Source: Candidatus Latescibacterota bacterium
GTDB lineage: Bacteria > Latescibacterota > UBA2968 > GCA-2709665
Reading direction: 5' to 3'
DNA: 64,000 nt
Assembly: GCA_965116875.1 (NCBI GenBank)
Contig: OZ220733.1
Location: forward strand, 2,784,001 to 2,848,000
Below are positions 1 to 9,476 of this stretch, piece by piece. Within the stretch, counting starts at the first letter, position 1. Every line of letters starts with the position of its first letter. The position numbers and the translations under genes were made by a program. The notes beneath the pieces were generated by a model. It was not told the origin of the DNA. It saw nothing but the letters and a program-made list of their open reading frames with translations, and searched no databases.

Positions 1-1
1 G

Positions 2-1567
2 GCGGGAGACCGGCACACGTTTATCAACCTGTTCCATGCCTCCAACCGGAAGAAACCCGTGGACGACCGGATTCGCCGCGTGGGGGATTCCGCGGCGGTG
101 GTCGAGGGGTCGCAAGGACGGTTGCTGGTGGGGACCGGGGGCGGAACGGGTACGTTTGAGGTCGGGCCGTTATCCGGCCGCGCCGGTATCTACGCGGCTG
201 GCGACGGGTGGTTTGCGCTGTGTAACGGGACATCGCTTTGTTCGGAGCGCGCGGTTTTTGAAAGCGAATACCCCGTTTCAATCGAGTTCGATCTGGATGC
301 GGGCGAAGGTGTGGTTGTGGCAACGCGGCCCACTGAGATCACGCTGAACGGAGAGCGGTTACACGTTGCGTCCGGGCGGCAGGAAGTGACAGTGCGTACG
401 CCGGGGGCAGGTGGTTTTTCGATGGGCGGGATTGCGGCCCTCCCGGCGTACGAGGCGGACTCTCAGGCGTCCGCAAAGACAGTGGCCGTGCCCGGGCTGC
501 GCAGGGTCCGGACGTACGACGCCGGCTCCGGGGTGCGCTGCGCCGCCGCGAGCCGGGACGGGGTGGTCCTTGGCACGGAGGACGGACGGGTCCTGGCGCT
601 GGACGGAGACGCAAAGCCGGTCTGGTCCTTCCATGCGGAGGGGCGCGTGCTTTCTGTGTGTACTGCGGAACTGGAAGGCCGAAGCTGCGTGATCGCGGGC
701 GCCGGCGACAGGCGTCTCTATCTGCTCGAGGAAGGCGGACACGTACGGTGGTCCCGCGAATTTGAGATATACAGGGGGACGTGGGACCGGTACGCCCGGA
801 ACTCCGCCGTGGAGTTCGTGACGGCGGCGGACCTGCGCGGCGACGGTGGGATGGACGTCCTGGCGGCGGTCTCGGACCGGAAGCTCCACTGTTTCGACGC
901 GAACGGGGACGAGCGCTGGAGTTTTATGATCTACGGAATATTCGCGCCGCTGCGTGTCGCGGACATCGATGGGGATGGAAGGCAGGAGGTCATCGGCGGT
1001 CCGGGCCGGATTACCTGCGGGGGCACCTGTTACGTGCTGGATGCCCACGGCGCAGAGATTGCAAGCCACGGGCTGGACGGGTGGGCGTCGATGATGCCCG
1101 CGTGCGACGTGTGGACGAAGGACGAGGAGCACCTCATCGTGTGCGGAACGAACCGGTCGCACGTGTTTGGCTTGAAATTGGACGACAATCGACTGGAGAC
1201 GCTCTGGAAGCAGCGGGTGGGGGAGGAAGTGAACGCGGTCTGCGCCGCGGACGTGGACGGGGACAACAGGCCGGAAGTCCTGGTCGGGTCGGACTGTTTC
1301 TATCTGTATCTTTTGGATGAACAGGGTAAGGAACGATGGCGGCGAAACCTGGGGGCGCCCGTTCAACAGGTGTTGGTGGCTGAACTTGAGGGAGACGCAA
1401 AGACCGTCGCGGCGTGTGAGGACGGGTCCGTGTGGGTGCTGGACGGGGATGGCGCGCCCGTTGCGAAACACCGGACGGGCGGGGCGGTTCACGTACTCGC
1501 GGCAGACGGCAGAGGCCATCTGATTCTCGGCGGGTCCGACGGGACGCTCTCGGTCATGGGCCTGTGA
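2..1567 (+). CDS. C-terminal part (5'-truncated by window edge) of lyase-like/FG-GAP beta-propeller protein; close paralog of 28543..32139
   Basis: Frame is open from base 2 (AGDRHTFINLFHASN...) and matches AGDRHTFINLFYASN in 28543..32139. Has repeated ADxDGDG..EV FG-GAP motifs and the same C-terminus (GSDGTLSVMGL vs CSDGTLSMLGL). Confidence 0.85.
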   Translation, partial: AGDRHTFINLFHASNRKKPVDDRIRRVGDSAAVVEGSQGRLLVGTGGGTGTFEVGPLSGRAGIYAAGDGWFALCNGTSLCSERAVFESEYPVSIEFDLDAGEGVVVATRPTEITLNGERLHVASGRQEVTVRTPGAGGFSMGGIAALPAYEADSQASAKTVAVPGLRRVRTYDAGSGVRCAAASRDGVVLGTEDGRVLALDGDAKPVWSFHAEGRVLSVCTAELEGRSCVIAGAGDRRLYLLEEGGHVRWSREFEIYRGTWDRYARNSAVEFVTAADLRGDGGMDVLAAVSDRKLHCFDANGDERWSFMIYGIFAPLRVADIDGDGRQEVIGGPGRITCGGTCYVLDAHGAEIASHGLDGWASMMPACDVWTKDEEHLIVCGTNRSHVFGLKLDDNRLETLWKQRVGEEVNAVCAADVDGDNRPEVLVGSDCFYLYLLDEQGKERWRRNLGAPVQQVLVAELEGDAKTVAACEDGSVWVLDGDGAPVAKHRTGGAVHVLAADGRGHLILGGSDGTLSVMGL

Positions 1568-1667
1568 GGCGGTCGGGCAGTGGCGTACCAGGCGCCTTGA
1601 TCCTCCGGCACGGCAGGAAACTGGCGGCGGTCGGCTCCGGATTCTCGGGGGCGTCGGGGGAGGTGGA

Positions 1668-4409
1668 ATGATGCGGCGATATTTCTATCCTGTCCTTTTC
1701 TTTGTCTTGTGGATGGAAAACCCCGCCGCTGCAGTGCCTGATGATCCTTCCAGGAGCGATCTGATAAGAGAAGAAGAGCTCTTTTCGGCAACGGGTGAAG
1801 GGCTCAACAAGGTTGCTTCCGGGAGATTCGATCTGGTCCGACGCGAGCCGGGGACTGTGGTTCGCACCCTGGGGACGGATTTCGCGTTGACGCTGGAACG
1901 GGACATGACGCCGGGGATCTACCGGCTGAGCGTGCTCTGTTCGGCTCCGACAACGTCGACCGATTCCTTCTGGCTGGAGGTGAACGGGGAGCGGCAGCCG
2001 CAAGCGATCGTGTTGCCCAAAGACGAGTACAGCGAGGTGCATCGGGGCTTTCGGCTGGACGTGCCGGGAAGGACGTCTATTCGTCTGGTGCTGCGGGAAC
2101 GTCCCGGCGTGAGCGTTGCCCGTCTGAAGCTGACACGTCTGTCGGTACATTTCAATGCCGCGTCGGTTATCCGTCCCTCTCTGGCCGGGCAGCGCCCGCG
2201 ACTGTTCGTGACGCGGTGGGACATCCAACGTCTGCGCGACGCCCAGCGCAGCGAGGACGGACAGCGGCTCTACCGGCTGCAGGGGATGTTGCGGGGGACG
2301 CCGCCTCCCCGTACGGGTCCGCCAAGGCGCGCGGGATGGGCCTGGCGCATGGAAAATCAGGCGATCTCCTGCCTGCTCGCCAATACCCCCGATGCGGCCG
2401 AACGCTTCGAGGCCATCCGGCGCCACGTTCTCACGATATGCACATACGATAAGTGGCTTCCGGACGGCTGGTCCCACGCGACACCCGATCTGGATCTTGA
2501 CGCGGCCTACATGATCCACGGGACCGCCGTCGCGTACGACTGGCTCTACAACTGGTTCACGGAGGATGAACGACGGATCATCCGGGAGAAGCTGGCGTAT
2601 CAGGCCAGGCTCATGTTCGAGGCGTCCTTTCTGGAGCGGATGTACTGGGCGCGCACGGTGCAGCAGAACCACTACTGGTTCGACAATTACGCCATCGGCG
2701 CGGCCGGCGCGGCGCTCTACGGTGAGGTGCCGGAGGCCGAGGTATGGATGGCCTGGAGCTGGGACCGCCTCCAGGGGACGCTGAAGACATTCGCCCGGGA
2801 TGGGGGGTTCCACGAAGGACCTGCCTACTGGAACTTCTCCATGGGTTCGCTGTTTCGATGGATCGACCTGTACGAACATACAACGGGACAGACCATCGCG
2901 TATGCGGATACGTGGCTGCGGAAGACAGGTTATTTCCCGATCCACTACGTCTATCCCGATCTGCTTACCGGCGCAGCGTTTGAGGATACGTTTCGACCGG
3001 GGGTTGTTCCCGGGTTGGAAACGCTGCTCTGGCTGGCCGCCCGGAACAGAGACGCACGGCTGTTCAGGGTTGCCGGGTTGATTCACGAGGGGAAGCGGAG
3101 CACGCATTGGTGGACATTGAAAGCGCTGGCCTCGGGAACCGACGACGTGACGGGGACGCTGGACGACCTGTTGCCGAAGCTGGCCTATTACCCGGATGTG
3201 GAGGCGTACTTCGCGCGGACCTCGTGGCGGAGGGATGCCACGATGTTTGCGCTTGGCGCGCGACCCCTCGGCGGTCACACGCTGGCCCGGCTGATCGAGG
3301 CTTATCCGTGGATCGGCGGCGTAGGGCACAACCATCCGGCACAGAACAGCTTTGTGCTATACGGCGGTGGAAAGGAGCTGTTGATTGATCCCGGCTATAC
3401 GCTGAAAAAGGAAACCGCGAACCACAACACGGTCCTGGTGGACGGACAGGGGCAGTACGGCGACGGCGAGCGGTGGCCGCGCTGGTATCCCGGATGGTCG
3501 TACATCGGGTACGCCTCCACGAAGTTCCCGTATGTACGCGGAGAGGCGGCATCGGCGTACCCTCCGGAGCTGGGACTGAAGCGGTTCACGCGCCAGATGT
3601 TGATGCTGGACCACCAGCGCGTCCTGATTGCCGATCACCTGGAGGCGGACCGTCCTCGCCGGTTCACGTGGCTGCTGCAGTTCGATGAGGACGCGGAGGT
3701 GGTGTCAGCGGGCAACGGGCGGTTTTCAGCGACGTACGGAGGCGCATCGCTTCAGATCGATGTTCTGACTCCGGACGACATGGCATCGCAATTCGACCGT
3801 TACGAACCGACGTGGAACAATATCGCCCGGCCCGACTACCACGACAGGGTCGGCCGGCTGCAGTTGACCACCGCGCTGTTGAGGGCAACGCCGATCGTGG
3901 CCGCGCTTGCCCTTGACCCCGCCGCGGCGCGCCCGGTGCTGGAGATCAGGCCCGGCGTCCTGTTGTTGACGTTTCCGGACAGCATTCGAGTGGGGTTCAA
4001 TAGAATGGGCGAGGTGGTCGCGGTGGATGGCCTGGAGACCGACGGGCGCGCCGTGGTGATTACGCCTGACGGGACCGGCGGACGGAGGGCACGGGTTCTG
4101 GACATGCTCCGGTATCGCGACGGGTCCGGCCGGCTGCGTGATTTCCAGGATGGAGAGGGTGAATTCGTCCTGGCGAACGGCGCCTGGCTGCCGGCGTTCG
4201 CGGAGGCGCCGGTTGTGCTGACCGCGGACTTCGACGGGAACGGTACGGTGGGTTTCAGTGACTTTCTGAGGCTTGCGCAGGTGTTTGGTTCGCGCGCCGG
4301 GGCGGCGGACTGGGACGCCAGATTCGACCTGAACGGCGACGGCGAAATCGGGTTCCGGGACTTCGTGATCCTTGCGGCCCAATTCGGCAGGCGCAATATC
4401 GGAAACTGA
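1668..4409 (+). CDS. Secreted DUF4962/heparinase II/III-like polysaccharide lyase with C-terminal dockerin-like EF-hand pair
   Basis: Signal-peptide-like N-terminus. Motifs RPRLF, AVAYDWLY, QNH, DGGFHEGPAYW, GHNHPAQNSF, HNTVLVDGQGQ. C-terminal DFDGNGTVGFSDF...FDLNGDGEIGFRDF. GGAGG RBS. Confidence 0.8.
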   Translation: MMRRYFYPVLFFVLWMENPAAAVPDDPSRSDLIREEELFSATGEGLNKVASGRFDLVRREPGTVVRTLGTDFALTLERDMTPGIYRLSVLCSAPTTSTDSFWLEVNGERQPQAIVLPKDEYSEVHRGFRLDVPGRTSIRLVLRERPGVSVARLKLTRLSVHFNAASVIRPSLAGQRPRLFVTRWDIQRLRDAQRSEDGQRLYRLQGMLRGTPPPRTGPPRRAGWAWRMENQAISCLLANTPDAAERFEAIRRHVLTICTYDKWLPDGWSHATPDLDLDAAYMIHGTAVAYDWLYNWFTEDERRIIREKLAYQARLMFEASFLERMYWARTVQQNHYWFDNYAIGAAGAALYGEVPEAEVWMAWSWDRLQGTLKTFARDGGFHEGPAYWNFSMGSLFRWIDLYEHTTGQTIAYADTWLRKTGYFPIHYVYPDLLTGAAFEDTFRPGVVPGLETLLWLAARNRDARLFRVAGLIHEGKRSTHWWTLKALASGTDDVTGTLDDLLPKLAYYPDVEAYFARTSWRRDATMFALGARPLGGHTLARLIEAYPWIGGVGHNHPAQNSFVLYGGGKELLIDPGYTLKKETANHNTVLVDGQGQYGDGERWPRWYPGWSYIGYASTKFPYVRGEAASAYPPELGLKRFTRQMLMLDHQRVLIADHLEADRPRRFTWLLQFDEDAEVVSAGNGRFSATYGGASLQIDVLTPDDMASQFDRYEPTWNNIARPDYHDRVGRLQLTTALLRATPIVAALALDPAAARPVLEIRPGVLLLTFPDSIRVGFNRMGEVVAVDGLETDGRAVVITPDGTGGRRARVLDMLRYRDGSGRLRDFQDGEGEFVLANGAWLPAFAEAPVVLTADFDGNGTVGFSDFLRLAQVFGSRAGAADWDARFDLNGDGEIGFRDFVILAAQFGRRNIGN

Positions 4410-4514
4410 CCCGGCATCCCGCGATCCATCGGATCTGGCGCATGAAATGCGGCAATCTGTTTCATTTGGCGACAATCTCACGGCTCGTTTTTTGGGTGCA
4501 GGAGGGAAACAGAC

Positions 4515-5549
4515 TTGATCGAACTCGTTATTGCCGTCTGTACGGTTATTCTCGTCTCCGCAATGTGTTCTCTGTTTGAAGCCGTTCTGTACGCGGTTCC
4601 CGTCAGTTACGTCGAGAGCCTCGCACAGAAGGGAGCGCTCTCCGGCCGGATACTCAAAGACCTGCGTTTGCGCAATGTCGACCGTCCCATCTCGGCCATT
4701 CTCTCCTTGAACACCATCGCAAATACCGGTGGCGCGTTTGTGGCCGGCGCGGCGTTCATCAAGGTCTTCGGAGGACAGTGGGAACACTACTTTACCATCT
4801 TCATTACGCTGTCCGTGCTGCTTCTTTCCGAGGTCATTCCCAAGACCGTCGGGGTGGTCTACAGCCGGTCCCTGGCCAGTCTGATCGCCATTCCGCTACA
4901 GTGCCTGGTCTGGCTCCTTTATCCCCTGGTGGACATGTGCCGGCTCGTAACCCGGGCGTTTGCAAAGGGCCGTTCCAGCCAGGATGTGTCTGAAGACGAA
5001 ATCGCCGCAATGGCGCGCATGGGCCGGCAGACCGGGGCGATACAACCCGATGAAGCCCGCGTGATGCAGAATATCCTCTCGCTAAAACGCAAGACGGCCA
5101 GAAACGTGATGACGCCGCGAACGGTCGTGTTCGCGTTGAGCGCCGATCTGACCGTTGAGCAGGCGCAGAAGGAGGCCGGGACCTGGCAGCACAGCCGGGT
5201 TCCCGTTTACGAGAATGAATTCGAAGACGTGATCGGCGTCGTGATGCGCCGGGACGCGCTGAATGCGATGGCAGAGGGTCAGGGGCAGCAACCGATTTCG
5301 AAGCTGATGCGCCCGGTTCACTTCGTCGCCGAGACGGTGTCTCTGGACCGCGTCCTGGAGATGTTCCTGGAACGGCGGCAGCATCTCTTCGTGGTCATCG
5401 ACGAATATGGCGGGTTGGCCGGAATCCTGACGCTGGAAGACGTGCTGGAAGAGATCCTGGGCAGGGAGATCGTGGATGAGTCCGATACGGTGACGGACAT
5501 GCGTGAACTGGCGCGCCGCCGCCGCCGGCAGGTATCGGAAGGGGAGTAG
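4515..5549 (+). CDS. CNNM/DUF21 + tandem CBS domain membrane protein (HlyC/CorC family, putative Mg/Co transport)
   Basis: Motifs CSLFEA, ILSLNTIAN, SEVIPKT, VMTPRT, HSRVPVY, VIDEYGG...LEDVLEEILGREIVDESD. TTG start with GGAGGG RBS. Confidence 0.9.
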   Translation: MIELVIAVCTVILVSAMCSLFEAVLYAVPVSYVESLAQKGALSGRILKDLRLRNVDRPISAILSLNTIANTGGAFVAGAAFIKVFGGQWEHYFTIFITLSVLLLSEVIPKTVGVVYSRSLASLIAIPLQCLVWLLYPLVDMCRLVTRAFAKGRSSQDVSEDEIAAMARMGRQTGAIQPDEARVMQNILSLKRKTARNVMTPRTVVFALSADLTVEQAQKEAGTWQHSRVPVYENEFEDVIGVVMRRDALNAMAEGQGQQPISKLMRPVHFVAETVSLDRVLEMFLERRQHLFVVIDEYGGLAGILTLEDVLEEILGREIVDESDTVTDMRELARRRRRQVSEGE

Positions 5550-5630
5550 CATGTGCTTAGACCGTGCCGCGAATTGCCAATTCGCGATACCGGATCATGC
5601 GCCCTCAGGGCTGAGTGGCTCCTCGTCGCC

Positions 5631-5656
5631 GTATAGGGGCGTCCCTTTGGGCGCCC
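5631..5656 (+). repeat. Degenerate GTAG-family REP-like hairpin
   Basis: gtataggggcgtccctttgggcgccc resembles GTAGGGGCGACCCTTGTGGTCGCCC, the reverse complement of 37574-37598. Confidence 0.55.
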
Positions 5657-5745
5657 GGGCCGGCGTAAGAGATGATGCTCAGTAGCCAATCGCGGACCAT
5701 GGCGATCTGAATTCTTGAATCCAGGCTATCTCCCGGAGGAGTCGA

Positions 5746-7017
5746 GTGGCCGTTCTGCAGACGGAGTTATTCGACCGCACCGATACGTCAATACGACCCC
5801 TGTCGTATGAAGAGTTTCTTGGCGATATCGTGCGTTTCGACGACTTTCACAAAGAAACGTCGGTCCTGGAATTCCCGGATCCGGAGTTCGACATTCCCGT
5901 CTGCGTCAATGAATTCTGGACGTCGCGACAGAGGGCCGCTCACTCGCTGCACGAGGTCTCGTACCGCGCCTGCTTCAAACCCCAGTTGCCGCGATTTTTC
6001 ATTGAGCGGTTGACCGGTCCGGGTGACGCGGTCTACGATCCCTTCCTGGGTCGCGGGACGACCGCCATTGAGGCGGCATTGCTCGGGCGCGTACCTATTG
6101 GCACGGACGTTAATCCTTTGAGCGAGATACTCGTGGCGCCGCGTCTCGATCCTCCTCCCCTTGCGGCGGTTTCCAAACGCTTGAGCGAACTGCCTCTTGA
6201 AGGCGACTGCGAGACGCGGGACGACCTGCTGGCGTTCTATCATCCGAATACGCTGCGGCAGATAAATAACCTGCGGAATTACCTGATCGCGAAGGAGCAC
6301 GACGGCGGTCTGGATACGGTTGACCGGTGGATCAGGATGGTGGCGACCAACCGGCTGACGGGGCATTCGCCTGGTTTCTTTTCGGTGTATACGTTGCCCC
6401 CAAACCAGGCTGTAACAGTAAGCCGGCAGCAGGACATCAACCAGCGTCGAAATCAAACTCCGCCGGTGCGTGACATAAGGGAACTGATCCTTAAGAAATC
6501 AAGGTCGCTCCTTGGCAAACTGGAGGAACACGAATCCGAAAGGATGAGAAAGGCTTCTGAAACGGCATTGTTCCTCACCGGTTCATCGGACAGTACCCCC
6601 GGGATTGAGAGCGGTTCGGTCAGCCTCGTCGTCACGTCGCCGCCGTTTCTGGACGTGGTGGATTACCAGACGGACAACTGGCTGCGTTGCTGGTTCAATG
6701 GTATCGACCCGATGAACGTGGAGGTATGGCACTTCAATAGGCCGCAGGAATGGCAGGCGGCCATGGCGAGCGTATTCGTCGAACTCAGGCGAGTGCTTGA
6801 ACCGGGGGGATATGTCGCTTTTGAGGTCGGGGAAGTCCGCGGCGGGAGAATCCTTCTGGAATCGCTCGTCGTGCCTGCGGCGGCGCAAGCGGGGCTGGAA
6901 CCACTCATGGTCCTGGTAAACGACCAGATCTTCACCAAGACGTCGAACTGCTGGGGCGTGGATAACATCAAGAAGGGAACCAATACCAACCGTATCGTCT
7001 TGCTGAGAAAGTCATAG
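5746..7017 (+). CDS. Orphan amino (N4-C/N6-A) DNA methyltransferase
   Basis: Motif I YDPFLGRGTT precedes motif IV VTSPPF (alpha-type order); RVLEPGG also present. No adjacent endonuclease gene. Confidence 0.85.
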   Translation: MAVLQTELFDRTDTSIRPLSYEEFLGDIVRFDDFHKETSVLEFPDPEFDIPVCVNEFWTSRQRAAHSLHEVSYRACFKPQLPRFFIERLTGPGDAVYDPFLGRGTTAIEAALLGRVPIGTDVNPLSEILVAPRLDPPPLAAVSKRLSELPLEGDCETRDDLLAFYHPNTLRQINNLRNYLIAKEHDGGLDTVDRWIRMVATNRLTGHSPGFFSVYTLPPNQAVTVSRQQDINQRRNQTPPVRDIRELILKKSRSLLGKLEEHESERMRKASETALFLTGSSDSTPGIESGSVSLVVTSPPFLDVVDYQTDNWLRCWFNGIDPMNVEVWHFNRPQEWQAAMASVFVELRRVLEPGGYVAFEVGEVRGGRILLESLVVPAAAQAGLEPLMVLVNDQIFTKTSNCWGVDNIKKGTNTNRIVLLRKS

Positions 7018-7158
7018 GGATTGGCTGTCGAATTCAGCGGTCACCAGGTTTAGACGCGCTGCAATCGGCAGTCTCAGGTGAGAATCGGCGCCAATGTTCG
7101 ATATACGGCCTGAGTTGAACCCATTTACGCCAACCTTCCGTGGAGAGGAATGTGCCGG

Positions 7159-9210
7159 ATGACTGCGAGAGAGCGTATCGTATCAATTGCCACGTTGGCG
7201 TTTCTGTTGTTCATCGTTTCTTTGGCCGCGGATTCGAACGCGTTTGCCGACTCCATGACGTTACAGAGACCCAAGGCCAATTCTCACGGCCACGTCGCCA
7301 CGTCTCTTCCGGATTTCGATGGCGACGGGACGGTTGGCTTCGGTGACTTTTTGCTGTTTGCAGAAAACTTCGGACTGAGTCACGGCGATGATGGATATGA
7401 TGCGCGGTTCGATCTGAATGGGGATTGGGAAGTCGGATTTTCGGATTTTGTGATCTTTTCACGGAACTTCGGACGGGACGGGTCTACCGATAAGCTGCAG
7501 CCCTGGGATCTTTCGAAGATTGTGGTCATCGACTCCGTGCGGTCGGCGCCCGTGGGTACCCCTGTGTTCCTCCGGACCGAATTCGCCAATGGCGAACTCG
7601 TCGACCTGGAGATGAGATTCATCGAGGTGGTGGATGATTTCATGCCTCCGATGCCGGTGTACATGGTCGAGGCATCCGATTCTGTCCTGGTAAGCCTGGG
7701 AGGCATCTCCAGGGGCATGAGCGGCTCCCCCGTATTTACGGAAGAAGGCACCTGGGGTGCGATTGCCTTCGGATTCAACTCACAGGACAGCCCGCCCTAT
7801 TATTTTTTCGCCACGCCCATCGAATGGGTGATCGGGAAAAAGGGGACGGTACCCCTGGCCAAACGCGCAGCGGAATGGAACGACAGCCGCGTCGTACCCC
7901 TGGACATCCCGCTTCTGAGTACCGGTCTCAACCGTGTCGAGCTACGGCCGGAAGGAAGTCCGTCTCTCCTGAGCAACGCCGTTGCCGCGGGTCTGACGCG
8001 TCAGCGCCAGACCAGCTTCGCGCCCGGCAGACCCCTGGCGGTCGCGTTGCTTCTGGGCGAACTGACGTTCGCCGGCCTGGGGACCATCTCCTTCGTGGAC
8101 GGCGACCGGGTCTATGGATTCGGACATTCGATGTCGGACGCCGGACCCGTGGCGCTTCCGATCATTGAGGCGAAGGTGCTCGGGGAAATATCCAGTGTGT
8201 CGGCGCCGTTTAAATTCGCAGCGCTGAACCCCACCGTGCGGGGTACGCTTACGGAAGACCGGCTGCCGGGTGTCCGGGGCGTACTGGACGACGGACCGGA
8301 CCTGGTGCCCATCAGAAGCGTATACGCCTTTCCATCGGGCGGCGAAGTTGAACTCCTGCATACGATGCCCACGATCGGCCTGACCTCTAATACCTCGGTC
8401 GAACTTGTCGCCAACGCGTTCTTCAGGCCGCTATCCAACCGGGTGGAGTTGGATCCCGATCACAGTATCCGCGTTACCGTGGACGTTTCCTTCGACGGTA
8501 CCGATTCCACGCTCTCACGCACGCGACTCTACGCCTCGCCGGAAGGACACCTGGCCTCTCTGATCCATACTGCGTTCGCCGATATGTCCTTTACGCTCGC
8601 CGGTCTGGTGACGAGGGCCGATTATGCATTGCAGGTTTCCGATGCGGGGGTTCGCGTCGAAGTGATTTCAGAGCCCCGATTCGCCCAGATCGTCGGAGTA
8701 ACCGCGGACACGGTTATGAGTGCCGGGGACTCGTTGGCCGTTACCGCATCACTGCGAGTGGGGCGCCGGATTGACCGTGAGATCGACCTGGGGCTCAGCC
8801 TTCCCGATACGTTTCCTGCAGGTATCTACCGTCTTGAAGCGAGTTCGGCTGCCGCGTTGGAAGACGACGCTTCGGGTGGAGACGGACCGCCATTGTTGGG
8901 CTTTTTCGGACCCTCCAATGGATTCGACGGCAATGAGACGCTCGAAGAAGCATTTTCAAGGGCCAATGCCAGGGACGACAATGTCGCAATAAAGGCGCGG
9001 TTGACGTTCGCCATGTCTCTCGAAGCAGTCGCCGACTCGACTGTTGCGCCCGGTGCGGGGTTCATCGGCGCATTGACCGGTGGGCTGGTGGGAGAGGGAA
9101 TTCCGCCCCCGGGTCCGACGCCGACTGTTTCCGCACAGAAGGACGTCGATCTCTTTCTGGATGGCTCAGCCAGCCTGAGCGTAAGGGTCCACGCACCGCC
9201 GGATCCGTGA
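7159..9210 (+). CDS. Secreted SpoIVB peptidase S55-like protein with N-terminal dockerin-like EF-hand pair (copy 1)
   Basis: Signal peptide; DFDGDGTVGFGDF / FDLNGDWEVGFSDF; GISRGMSGSPV; ATPIE; GT..F.DGDRVYGFGH. Start chosen by homology to the MTSRE start of its paralog. Confidence 0.8.
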   Translation: MTARERIVSIATLAFLLFIVSLAADSNAFADSMTLQRPKANSHGHVATSLPDFDGDGTVGFGDFLLFAENFGLSHGDDGYDARFDLNGDWEVGFSDFVIFSRNFGRDGSTDKLQPWDLSKIVVIDSVRSAPVGTPVFLRTEFANGELVDLEMRFIEVVDDFMPPMPVYMVEASDSVLVSLGGISRGMSGSPVFTEEGTWGAIAFGFNSQDSPPYYFFATPIEWVIGKKGTVPLAKRAAEWNDSRVVPLDIPLLSTGLNRVELRPEGSPSLLSNAVAAGLTRQRQTSFAPGRPLAVALLLGELTFAGLGTISFVDGDRVYGFGHSMSDAGPVALPIIEAKVLGEISSVSAPFKFAALNPTVRGTLTEDRLPGVRGVLDDGPDLVPIRSVYAFPSGGEVELLHTMPTIGLTSNTSVELVANAFFRPLSNRVELDPDHSIRVTVDVSFDGTDSTLSRTRLYASPEGHLASLIHTAFADMSFTLAGLVTRADYALQVSDAGVRVEVISEPRFAQIVGVTADTVMSAGDSLAVTASLRVGRRIDREIDLGLSLPDTFPAGIYRLEASSAAALEDDASGGDGPPLLGFFGPSNGFDGNETLEEAFSRANARDDNVAIKARLTFAMSLEAVADSTVAPGAGFIGALTGGLVGEGIPPPGPTPTVSAQKDVDLFLDGSASLSVRVHAPPDP

Positions 9211-9215
9211 TTTGC

Positions 9216-9296
9216 AGGACGTTGAACTGGCGGGGCGTGGAATACCTCAAGACCGGATTCAATACCAACAGGATCGTACTATTGAGAAAACTCTGA
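9216..9296 (+). pseudogene. Relic of the 3' end of a DNA methyltransferase homologous to 5746..7017
   Basis: Translates RTLNWRGVEYLKTGFNTNRIVLLRKL* versus KTSNCWGVDNIKKGTNTNRIVLLRKS* (6937-7017); 16/26 residues identical. Confidence 0.8.
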
Positions 9297-9476
9297 GGAT
9301 TGCCATCTGTCACGAAAAAGAATAAGGGAGATCATATGACCCACTGACACCATTCTTGACAGCGAATCAAGACAAGCCCTTTGGACTCTCGAATGGGCTG
9401 AAATACCGACAGCAAGTCTACTACGCAACTCGATTTATCCGCGTTAACGCTAACCAGCCGGGGTAAGGACCGCTTT

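Noticed and set aside
5746-7017. Complete restriction-modification system
   Set aside because: No endonuclease or specificity gene is adjacent.
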